This document shows positions 16,498 to 26,238 of a stretch of 64,000 nt of DNA, piece after piece. The number at the start of each line of letters is the position of its first letter. The stretch's first letter is position 1. The stretch is from Gammaproteobacteria bacterium. GTDB lineage: Bacteria > Pseudomonadota > Gammaproteobacteria > UBA4575. A program made the translations under genes and the position numbers. The notes beneath the pieces were generated by a model. The model saw nothing but the letters and a program-made list of their open reading frames with translations. It ran no database searches and had not been told where the DNA came from. The stretch is taken from NCBI GenBank assembly GCA_965242685.1, contig OZ251487.1:93591-157590 (forward strand), read 5' to 3'.

Positions 16498-19164
16498 TCA
16501 CCACCTATACTCGACGGTTACGCCGATGCCGTGTTCGGTGTCGGCACGGTCTTGCTCCAGACGTTCGCATTCGGTGTTCAGCGTCAGGGTTTCACGTAAC
16601 TTGAAACGTCCGCCCAACCGATAGTGACGCCCTTCGTCCCGCACGCTCATCCCCAAGTACGGCGTCAGCAGTCCGCCGATATGATGCCGTCCGTAGCCGA
16701 TCTCGCCGTCCAGCTTTAGACTGCTGTCCGGGTCTTCTTCGTCTTCCTCGTATAATGCCGCCCCCGCCTTCCACAACCGCTGTAGACCGCTCTCGGCGGT
16801 CCCCCAGGTCGGCGTCAGGGTGATGTGTAGACCTCGCCCATCGGTCATCGCCCTGTATACCAGCGATACGTTCGCGCCCCATTCATCGTAATCCGAATTC
16901 GCCACCAGCGTCCGCGCGCCCGCCGTCAGACCCAACCGGCCCGACCCGTAGTCTACGCCCACGCCCACTTCCGCACCACTGCCGGTGTCGCCATCGCCGC
17001 CGTCATAACGCACGCCCAGTTCAAATCTTGGCAATAACCGCGCGCCCGATGCCAGGATTTTCTCCTGCCTTGCCTCTACCGCCACCCGCAAGCGTGTTGC
17101 GTCCGACTTCTGTCGTTGAATGCCATCGCCGTTGTCGTCCACTTCGAAATCCGCATACATCGCCTCGCCCCGCAGCGAGACCTCGGTGCCATTGGCCGCG
17201 TACAACGGCCCCCGCGCCCCGGCCGAGGCCATTCGCATGTCGGCGTCCGACTTCTGACGCTGCCCGCCGGCGACGATCTCTAAATCGCCACTGCCAACGC
17301 CCGCCATCGCCCATAGGCTGATGCCGCCCGGCGTGATCCATCCCAAATAGGGTTGCGCACTGGTCATCTCCAGCTCCCACTTGCCCTTTTGACCCTGGTG
17401 TCCGTAATCTAATTTCGCCTCCGACCAGGTGGCCGCCAGCCCCACACGCAGACCGTTTGCCAGCAATCGATCCGCCCCCAGGTGGGCGCTGGTCACGTCG
17501 CCGTCCCACTTCACGCCGCGCGCCTCGCCATCGAGATCGCGGTAGTCGCCGCCGCCCCACAAGACGATGTCGCCACCGCCGCCCGCGTCATTCCCGTCCA
17601 GCGACAAGGCAAACGCCGCCTGCGGCAGCAGGTGTCGTTTCCAGTCTAATTCCCCGTCTTCCTGCATAGCCGACCCGTGTCGCATCAGCCGTTCCAAGTT
17701 TACGTTTTCCGTCAGCGAGGGTGATGGTGATGTCGGTGCCCCGCCCAAATCCGCCCGCTCGAGACGTTGACGCACCGCCGTCGCGCGGCTGTCCGCCATC
17801 GCCCGCGCCACTTCCGGCAGCAGTACTTCCGTCACCTCATCCCCCGCGCCGTCGTTGTCGGTGTTGGTTACCAACACCGTCACATCCGCCAGCGCGGCAT
17901 AGCGGGCATCGGAACTGCTCGGGTCCAGTCGCACCGCACAGGTCGCGCCGACATCGCTCACCATGTCGTCCACGCCCCGCACCGTCACGGTCTGCGGGGT
18001 GTTCCATAACCTTACCTGTGCGTCCGGGTCTTCGTCTGCGGCACTGAGCACGAACGTCAACGTCCCGCTCTCGCCGGCGGCAATGTAGGTCATGCCGCCG
18101 TCCACCGACACTTCGCACTCGTCGCCGTCTTGGCTTGAAACATCCACCGCCGAATCCACCTGCGGGATGGTCGACAGCCGCACCGTGAACGTGTCCGTGC
18201 CGCCATCCTCCGTGACTACGGTCGAACCGCCGCTCTCAACCACCGTCAGCCCCACTTCGTCGTCTTCGGTCATCACCTCGACGGTCTCCGTCGCCAGAGT
18301 GTTGTAATTGGTATCGCCGCTACTGCTCGGATCCAGCTCGATGTTGTAGCTCTGCGTGCCGTCTTGAATGGTGTCGTCGACGCCGGTCACGGTGACCGTC
18401 TGGGTGCTGTTCCAGTTGCTGTTCGTGAACGTCAGACTGGTCGGACTCGGCGTGCCCTCGCCGGGGTCGGCACTGCTCACCGCCACCGTTACGTTGGCGG
18501 TCGGCTGCGACGCCAGCCTGACGGTGAAGGTCGCCGTCTGCGCGGTGTTGCCTTCATTTGCCGTGCCGGTCACGGCACTCGTCCTGATCCCCGGCGTGTC
18601 TTCGTCCAGAATCGTCAGTGTGGCGGACTGGATAAAGACTTCTGGTACGTCGGAAATCTCCACAAAGTAATTCTGATCCGTACCATAAGTCCTAGGCGCC
18701 CCCGCTATGTTCACCGTCCGGTCTCCGTCCATAGCCGTATTGCCGGCAATCGTGAGCGTTACCGTCCCCGAAGTGTTCGAGCCTAAGGTATTCGAGCCTG
18801 CATTTATGGTAAACCCTAAGTGCTGACCCGTCTGCGTGATGCCGCCGGCGCCGCTGGGAGTCGGAGTCCCTGCGGTGATGGTAATACCGTTTCTGTTGTT
18901 TCGATTCTGGTCGGGATATCCATTCTGTTGGCAAGAAGCAGTTCCACCACCATGTGAGGTGCAGCGGACGGTGACGGCGACGGTCGCCGCCTGGCCCTCC
19001 GTGACGGTCAACGTGCTTGCCCCGTTCAACAACACCTCGAAGTGCAAATGACGGTTCGTCCCTATGTTATGCGCCCCCGCCGTACCCGCCGCAAGCAACA
19101 GCGACACAGATAGCAACGCCGCCGAAAGGCGGTGTGCAAGGCTATGGCGAAGTCCACGCATCAT
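16498..19164 (-). CDS. giant surface protein, paralog 2 (signal peptide, beta-sandwich repeats, C-terminal beta-barrel)
   Basis: The ORF-track start at 19305 reads through the poly-G tract (PPPPP). Start moved to MMRGLRHSLAHRLSAALLSVSLLLAAGTAGA (ATG at 19162-19164), matching paralog 3. C-terminus ...GIGVTVEYRW. Confidence 0.8.
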   Translation of the reverse strand: MMRGLRHSLAHRLSAALLSVSLLLAAGTAGAHNIGTNRHLHFEVLLNGASTLTVTEGQAATVAVTVRCTSHGGGTASCQQNGYPDQNRNNRNGITITAGTPTPSGAGGITQTGQHLGFTINAGSNTLGSNTSGTVTLTIAGNTAMDGDRTVNIAGAPRTYGTDQNYFVEISDVPEVFIQSATLTILDEDTPGIRTSAVTGTANEGNTAQTATFTVRLASQPTANVTVAVSSADPGEGTPSPTSLTFTNSNWNSTQTVTVTGVDDTIQDGTQSYNIELDPSSSGDTNYNTLATETVEVMTEDDEVGLTVVESGGSTVVTEDGGTDTFTVRLSTIPQVDSAVDVSSQDGDECEVSVDGGMTYIAAGESGTLTFVLSAADEDPDAQVRLWNTPQTVTVRGVDDMVSDVGATCAVRLDPSSSDARYAALADVTVLVTNTDNDGAGDEVTEVLLPEVARAMADSRATAVRQRLERADLGGAPTSPSPSLTENVNLERLMRHGSAMQEDGELDWKRHLLPQAAFALSLDGNDAGGGGDIVLWGGGDYRDLDGEARGVKWDGDVTSAHLGADRLLANGLRVGLAATWSEAKLDYGHQGQKGKWELEMTSAQPYLGWITPGGISLWAMAGVGSGDLEIVAGGQRQKSDADMRMASAGARGPLYAANGTEVSLRGEAMYADFEVDDNGDGIQRQKSDATRLRVAVEARQEKILASGARLLPRFELGVRYDGGDGDTGSGAEVGVGVDYGSGRLGLTAGARTLVANSDYDEWGANVSLVYRAMTDGRGLHITLTPTWGTAESGLQRLWKAGAALYEEDEEDPDSSLKLDGEIGYGRHHIGGLLTPYLGMSVRDEGRHYRLGGRFKLRETLTLNTECERLEQDRADTEHGIGVTVEYRW

Positions 19165-19229
19165 TAGTAATTTGCGGTGGCCGCCGAACCTCCTACGGTC
19201 TGCGCGGGATGTGGTAATTACAAATCGCG

Positions 19230-19244
19230 GGGGGGGGGGGGGGG
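19230..19244. repeat. homopolymeric G15 tract, 65 nt upstream of the paralog-2 start codon
   Basis: Counted directly; same conserved flanks as tract 1. Confidence 0.9.
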
Positions 19245-19333
19245 CAATATGTCGTTTCATCGGAGGCTGCTCCACGTGAGTTTGTCCTGTAATTCCCGCG
19301 TACAATAATACGTATAGTTATATCGGCGTTCAA

Positions 19334-19648
19334 TCAAAAAAATACGAGTTTGAGCACGATTAGCAGAGTAAAGCTTAAATTCGCCCCGATTGCCCATTTG
19401 ATCCATTTTAACTCTGTTCTAAACTCTGCTCTAAGCTCTCCAATATCCGCCTTAAACTCTTGTCTCAGTGCTTTATTATCTGCCTTAAGCTCTTGTTTCA
19501 GCCCGTTGATACTTGTCTCAAGATCTGTCTTGGTGGCTACTTCCGCGTCGGGGTGTTTGAACGTATCCACAATCACGCGCGCCTGCGCCTCCGGCATGTC
19601 GGCGGCGGTCAATTTCCTGATGGCCTCGGCGGTGTCTATTGCATACAT
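19334..19648 (-). CDS. DUF1640-like tail-anchored coiled-coil protein (paralog B; about 2 repeat copies)
   Basis: 104 aa; same N-domain and C-terminal TM helix as paralog A. 33-bp repeats at 19449-19514. Confidence 0.55.
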   Translation of the reverse strand: MYAIDTAEAIRKLTAADMPEAQARVIVDTFKHPDAEVATKTDLETSINGLKQELKADNKALRQEFKADIGELRAEFRTELKWIKWAIGANLSFTLLIVLKLVFF

Positions 19649-20031
19649 AACTTTATCCTAAACGCCCAACATTCTAGCGAAGTTCGGGCGTCATTGGAAT
19701 AAGCCACTATATCCTAGCTATTCCCAAAGATAAATAGAGTGTCTAGTTGATCTCGACAGGTCAGTTTTTAGGCTTTCAATGGCTGTTGATTTCCAGATTA
19801 GAGTAAAACCGCGGATCGGTTTTTAGGCGTTTAATATCTGGTAATTTTCGGAGACAAAATCCCCCTTTTAGAAATATATCCTTCCCGCGAAACAGGGTTC
19901 TACCACCCGCAACGGCTGGTGATTTCCAGATCAGGGTAGAACGCGGGTCTGGTTTTTAGGCGTTCGATGGCTGCTAATTTCAGATCAGAAGGCCGTAGAT
20001 CGGTTATCTAGGCGTGCTATATCTGTTGATT
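19649..20031. repeat. module-flanking intergenic repeat block (family copy C)
   Basis: Two tgatttccagatYagRgtaRaaccgcggRtcKgtttttaggcgttYaat units plus the conserved ggagacaaaatcccccttttagaaatat... segment. Confidence 0.7.
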
Positions 20032-22353
20032 TCACCACCTGTATTCAACCGTTACGCCGATGCCGTGTTCGGTGTCGGCACGGTCTTGCTCCAGGCGTTC
20101 GCATTCGGTGTTCAGCGTCAGGGTTTCACGTAACTTGAAACGTCCGCCCAACCGATAGTGTCGCCCTTCGTCCCGCACGCTCATCCCCAAATACGGCGTC
20201 AGTAGTCCGCCGACATGATGCCGTCCGTAGCCGATCTCGCCATCCAGCTTTAGACTGCTGTCCGGGTCTTCTTCGTCTTCCTCGTATAAGGCGGTCCCCG
20301 CCTTCCACAACCGTTGCAGGCCGCTCTCGGCGGTCCCCCAGGTCGGCGTCAGGGTGATGTGCAGACCCCGTCCGTCGGTCATCGCCCGATAGACCAGCGA
20401 TACGTTGGCGCCCCATTCATCGTAATCGGAATTCGCCACCAGCGTCCGCGCACCCGCCGTCAGACCCAATCGGCCCGACCCGTAGTCTACGCCCACGCCT
20501 ACTTCCGCACCGCTACCGGTCTCGCCATCGCCGCCGTCATAACGCATGCCCAACTCAAATCTCGGTAATAACCGCGCCCCCGATGCCAGGATTTTCTCCT
20601 GCCTTGCCTCTACCGCCACCCGCAAGCGCGTGGCGTCCGATTTCTGTCGTTGAATGCTATCGCCGTTGTCGTCCACTTCGAAATCCGCATACATCGCCTC
20701 GCCGCGTAGCGATACTTCTGTTCCATTGGCCGCATACAACGGCCCGCGCGCACCGGCCGAGGCCATCCGCATGTCGGCGTCCGATTTCTGACGCTGCCCG
20801 CCGGTGACCACCTCTAGATCGCCGCTACCGACGCCCGCCATCGCCCATAGGGAAATACCGCCCGGCGAGGTCCATCCCAAATAGGGTTGCGCACTGGTCA
20901 TCTCCAGCTCCCACTTGCCCTTTTGACCTTGGTGTCCGTAGTCGAGTTTGGCCTCCGACCACGTCGCCGCCAGGCCTACGCGCAGACCGTTTGGCAACAG
21001 CCGATCCGCCCCCAGGTGGGCGCTGGTCACGTCGCCGTCCCACTTCACGCCGCGCGCCTCGCCATCGAGATCGCGGTAGTCGCCGCCGCCCCATAAGACG
21101 ATGTCGCTACCCATGCCCTCGTCATCGTCCAGCGACAGCGCAAACGCCGCCTGCGGCAGCAGGTGTCGTTTCCAGTCTAATTCCTCGTCCTCTTGCATAG
21201 CCGACCCGTGTCGCATCAGCCGTTCCAAGTTTAAGTTTTCCGTCAGCGAGGGTGATGGTGATGTCGGTGCCCCGCCCAAATCCGCCCGCTCGAGACGTTG
21301 ACGCACCGCCGTCGCGCGGCTGTCCGCCATCGCCCGCGCCACTTCCGGCAGCAGTACTTCCGTCACTTCTCCCGTGCCGTCGTTGTCCGTGTTGGTGACC
21401 AACACTGTGGTGCGCGCTATCGCCATCGCGTATTGGGCATCGGAACTGCTCGGGTCCAGTCGCACCGCACAGGTCGCGCCGACATCGCTCACCATGTCGT
21501 CCACGCCCCGCACCGTCACGGTCTGCGGGGTGTTCCACAAACTCGTCTGTGCGCTGAGCAGGTCGCTCGGGTCGGAGCCATCGGGCAGGAACGTCAACGG
21601 CCCGCCAACACCGGCGGCGAGATACGTCATGCCGCCATCCAGCGACACTTCGCACTCGTCGCCGTCTTGGCTTGAAACATCCACCGCCACCGCCGCCTGC
21701 GGGTTGGTCGGCAGCCGCACCGTGAACGTGTCCGTGCCGCCATCCTCCGTGACTACGGTCGAACCGCCGCTCTCGGTTACCGTCAGCCGCGTGTCATCGT
21801 CCAGGATCGTCAACGTGGCGGACGCTACGATCGGTGCGATGTCATATCTACTTTGGAACCAAGATCCGTATGCCTGGCCCGGCAGCTGCGTCGCGTAATA
21901 CCCCTCCGCGTTCACCGTCACGGTCCGACGTCCGTCCATAGCCGGATTGCCGTCAATCGTGAGCGTTGCCCCGGTATTGGTCGTGCCGAGGTTTATATTG
22001 GTGGTAGGTAGGGTATTATACCGCGCCTGCGGATTGGCGTTCAGCGTGACGCCGCCGCCACTGGCGGGGGCCGTGGCACTGACGGTGAAGTAGGCGCTGT
22101 TGCGCCGAGGCAGCTCGGAGAAACCGGTGATACTGGTGCAGTGGGCCGTGCAACGGACTCTGGCGGTGACGGTCGCCGCCTGGTCCTCCGTGACGGTCAA
22201 CGTGCTCGCCCCGTTCAACTCCACCTGAAAGTGCGCATGGATGGTACTACCCCTACCATCCGCCCCCGCCGTACCCGCCGCAAGCAGTAGCGACACAAAC
22301 AGCAACGCCGCCGAAAGGCGGTGTGCAAGGCTATGGCGAAGTCCACGCATCAT
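20032..22353 (-). CDS. giant surface protein, paralog 3 (signal peptide, beta-sandwich repeats, C-terminal beta-barrel)
   Basis: 773 aa. The C-terminal ~450 aa are nearly identical to paralog 2 (same ...LLPEVARAMADSRATAVRQRLERADLGGAPTSPSPSLTEN... through GIGVTVEYRW). Confidence 0.8.
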   Translation of the reverse strand: MMRGLRHSLAHRLSAALLFVSLLLAAGTAGADGRGSTIHAHFQVELNGASTLTVTEDQAATVTARVRCTAHCTSITGFSELPRRNSAYFTVSATAPASGGGVTLNANPQARYNTLPTTNINLGTTNTGATLTIDGNPAMDGRRTVTVNAEGYYATQLPGQAYGSWFQSRYDIAPIVASATLTILDDDTRLTVTESGGSTVVTEDGGTDTFTVRLPTNPQAAVAVDVSSQDGDECEVSLDGGMTYLAAGVGGPLTFLPDGSDPSDLLSAQTSLWNTPQTVTVRGVDDMVSDVGATCAVRLDPSSSDAQYAMAIARTTVLVTNTDNDGTGEVTEVLLPEVARAMADSRATAVRQRLERADLGGAPTSPSPSLTENLNLERLMRHGSAMQEDEELDWKRHLLPQAAFALSLDDDEGMGSDIVLWGGGDYRDLDGEARGVKWDGDVTSAHLGADRLLPNGLRVGLAATWSEAKLDYGHQGQKGKWELEMTSAQPYLGWTSPGGISLWAMAGVGSGDLEVVTGGQRQKSDADMRMASAGARGPLYAANGTEVSLRGEAMYADFEVDDNGDSIQRQKSDATRLRVAVEARQEKILASGARLLPRFELGMRYDGGDGETGSGAEVGVGVDYGSGRLGLTAGARTLVANSDYDEWGANVSLVYRAMTDGRGLHITLTPTWGTAESGLQRLWKAGTALYEEDEEDPDSSLKLDGEIGYGRHHVGGLLTPYLGMSVRDEGRHYRLGGRFKLRETLTLNTECERLEQDRADTEHGIGVTVEYRW

Positions 22354-22418
22354 TAGTAATTTGCGGTGGCCGCCGAACCTCCTACGGTCTGCGCGGGATG
22401 TGGTAATTACAAAATCGC

Positions 22419-22435
22419 GGGGGGGGGGGGGGGGG
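22419..22435. repeat. homopolymeric G17 tract, 65 nt upstream of the paralog-3 start codon
   Basis: Counted directly; same flanks (aaaatcgc-G17-caatatgtcg). Confidence 0.9.
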
Positions 22436-22527
22436 CAATATGTCGTTTCATCGGCGGCTGCTCCACGTGAGTTTGTCCTGTAATTCTCGCATACAATAAT
22501 ACACTAGTTATAATATCAGCGGTTCAA

Positions 22528-22797
22528 TCAAAAAAATACGAGTTTGAGCACGATTAGCAGAGTAAAGCTTAAATTCGCCCCGATTGCCCATTTGATCCAT
22601 TTTAACTCTGTTCTAAACTCTGCTCTAAGCTCTCCAATATCCGCCTTAAACTCTTGTCTCAGCCCTTCAATATCTGTCTTGGTGGCTACTTCCGCGTCGG
22701 GATGTTTGATCGTATCCACGATTACGCGCGCCTGCGCCTCCGGCATGTCGGCGGCGGTTAGCTTCCTGATGGTGTCGGCGGTGTCTATTGCATACAT
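22528..22797 (-). CDS. DUF1640-like tail-anchored coiled-coil protein (paralog C; about 1 repeat copy)
   Basis: 89 aa, MYAIDTADTIRKL...; C-terminal TM helix. Confidence 0.5.
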   Translation of the reverse strand: MYAIDTADTIRKLTAADMPEAQARVIVDTIKHPDAEVATKTDIEGLRQEFKADIGELRAEFRTELKWIKWAIGANLSFTLLIVLKLVFF

Positions 22798-22798
22798 G

Positions 22799-23200
22799 TT
22801 AGAAAAACAGGAGTTTGCCCACTATTAGCAGGGTAAGGCCCAAGTTCAACCCGATTGCCCATTGAAGCCAGGTCTGACCGATTTGGAGTTTGTCAATATC
22901 TGCCTTAAGCTCTTGTCTCAGTGCTTTATTATCTGCCTTAAGCTCTTGTCTCAGCGCTTTATTATCCGCCTTAAGCTCTTGTCTCAGCTCTTTGATATCT
23001 GCCTTAAGCTCTTGTCTCAGTGCTTTATTATCCGCCTTAAGCTCTTGTTTCAGTCCGTTGATACTTGTCTCAATATCTGTCTTGGTGGCTACTTCCGCGT
23101 CGGGGTGTTTGAACGTATCCACAATCACCCGCGCCTGCGCCTCCGGCATATCGGCGGCGGTCAATTTCCTGATGGCTTCGGCGGTGTCTATTGCATACAT
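22799..23200 (-). CDS. DUF1640-like tail-anchored coiled-coil protein (paralog D; about 5 repeat copies)
   Basis: 133 aa. 33-bp repeats at 22902-23066 encode five ELKAD units. Confidence 0.55.
   Translation of the reverse strand: MYAIDTAEAIRKLTAADMPEAQARVIVDTFKHPDAEVATKTDIETSINGLKQELKADNKALRQELKADIKELRQELKADNKALRQELKADNKALRQELKADIDKLQIGQTWLQWAIGLNLGLTLLIVGKLLFF
22902..23066. repeat. about 5 x 33-bp tandem repeat
   Basis: Direct inspection. Confidence 0.85.
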
Positions 23201-23524
23201 GACTTTACCCTAAACTCCCTCATTGTAGCGAAGTTCAAGCGTCATTGGAATAAGTCGAGGTGGCCGCCGGCGATAAAACACGTAATCTGCTAATTTCCAA
23301 CACGGCATTTCCATTTATTTTGCCTGTCAATATCATATAGGACGGGGTTTGTGGAGTTAAAGATTCACGTACAGGCGAAGGTTATATCGCAGGCAACGTC
23401 TTGAGTAAAAATGGTACAATTTGCTTGCACCCGTTCTTGTTTGGAAAATATAGGTACGTATTATTCGTTTAAGCATTTCGTTCGCGTGCGATGTCTTGAA
23501 ACTTTTTGGCAACGAGGGCCAGTC

Positions 23525-24172
23525 ATGATTATGGGCTTACATGGTACTATTTTTGGACGTTTTACAGCCGTGGCACTGTTGCTGGCGGTTTTTGTCGCGG
23601 GTGACGCCAGTGCCGCGGACCGGCGTTCGCCCGAGCAGATCGTTGCAGAGACTTCCGCACAAGTGCTTGAGGCACTTAACCGCGACAAGGCGCGCTTTGA
23701 AGAAAATCCGGTGCAAATCGGGGCACTGATCAACGAGGTCGTAGTCCCTATCCTTGACTTGACTTCGATGTGCAGGCTGATCCTGGGCAGGCATTGGAAG
23801 GGGGCGAGTGAGCGGCAGCGCGCAGATTTTAGGGAAGAATTTAAGGGTATGTTGATCCGTACCTATGCGAAGTCACTGGTGGGTCACAGCGATGCCAAAG
23901 TCAAGGTATTGCCTGCACGCGGCACGCAGGAGGGGAGATACCACATCGTGCAGACGGAACTTGACATCGGTTCCGGCAAGGCGCCGTTGCAGGTGGCATA
24001 TGTTTTCCGTAATAACGGCGAGAATGAGTGGAAGGTGTTTGACTTAAAAGTAGACGGCCTGAGCCTCGCCAAAAATTTCCGTACCAGCTTCGACCAGGAG
24101 ATCGGGGAGACCTCGTTGGACGCGCTTATCCAACGTCTTGCGGATGCCAATGCCCCTGGTATGGCGGAATAG
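23525..24172 (+). CDS. MlaC/Ttg2D-family periplasmic phospholipid-binding protein
   Basis: The ORF-track start at 23411 is probably too early. Signal peptide follows MIMGLHGTIFGRFTAVALLLAVFVAGDASAAD. Family call is from memory. Confidence 0.55.
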   Translation: MIMGLHGTIFGRFTAVALLLAVFVAGDASAADRRSPEQIVAETSAQVLEALNRDKARFEENPVQIGALINEVVVPILDLTSMCRLILGRHWKGASERQRADFREEFKGMLIRTYAKSLVGHSDAKVKVLPARGTQEGRYHIVQTELDIGSGKAPLQVAYVFRNNGENEWKVFDLKVDGLSLAKNFRTSFDQEIGETSLDALIQRLADANAPGMAE

Positions 24173-24198
24173 TCGCGGAAAGAATGAGCGGTGGGTAG

Positions 24199-25554
<1,356 letters not shown>

Positions 25555-25575
25555 GGTTCGGCGGAGCGGGCGCCA

Positions 25576-26238
25576 ATGTCTAGGAACGGCGGTGATGCGG
25601 TAACGATTGCGGTATCCAAAGGACGCATCTTTGAGGAGAGTCTCTCGCTGCTTGCGAGAATGGGCATCCGCGTCTCGGCGGAATATCTGGATGGCCGCAA
25701 GCTGGTATTGCCGACCAGTCGGGGCGAGATCCGTTTATTGGTGATCCGCGCCGCCGATGTGCCGACCTACGTACAACACGGCGCCGCCGGATTGGGCATT
25801 GCCGGTAAGGATGTCCTTATGGAGTTTGACGGCGACGGGGTATATGAACTCTTGGACCTGGGTATTGCCAGGTGTCGCCTTATGGTGGCGGGGGTTGAGG
25901 GAAAGACAGTCGCAAGCCGCCGGATGCGCGTGGCGACAAAATATTTGCGCAGCACGCGCCGCTACTTTGCCGGCAAGGGTCGGCAGGTTGAGCTGATAAA
26001 ATTATACGGTTCTATGGAGCTTGCGCCCATGCTGGGCTTGGCCGACTGCATCGTCGACTTGGTCGCTACCGGCGATACGCTTAAGGCCAATGGCTTGGTG
26101 CCTATGGAACACATTGCGGACATCAGTTCACGCCTGATCGTCAACAAGGCCGCAATGAAAATAAAATCTGCTACACTTAAACCCCTGGTTGAACAATTCA
26201 GGTTGGCGGTGAAAGAAGCCGCTGTAGCCGGTATGTAA
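25576..26238 (+). CDS. hisG: ATP phosphoribosyltransferase, short form
   Basis: 220 aa HisG(S)-type; followed by hisD and hisC. Confidence 0.85.
   Translation: MSRNGGDAVTIAVSKGRIFEESLSLLARMGIRVSAEYLDGRKLVLPTSRGEIRLLVIRAADVPTYVQHGAAGLGIAGKDVLMEFDGDGVYELLDLGIARCRLMVAGVEGKTVASRRMRVATKYLRSTRRYFAGKGRQVELIKLYGSMELAPMLGLADCIVDLVATGDTLKANGLVPMEHIADISSRLIVNKAAMKIKSATLKPLVEQFRLAVKEAAVAGM

Noticed and set aside
12151-22000. Many 60-450-aa Arg/Pro/Gly-rich ORFs inside and antisense to the giant genes (e.g. 14118..15464+, 13042..13800-, 17021..17560-, 21122..21655-)
   Set aside because: Alternate-frame artefacts of GC-rich, repeat-rich coding sequence. Each is fully contained within a much longer, coherent ORF.
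23411-23524. Upstream extension of the mlaC-like ORF (start at 23411)
   Set aside because: The extension precedes the signal peptide and lacks an RBS context. The internal start at 23525 (MIMGL...) gives a canonical secreted protein.
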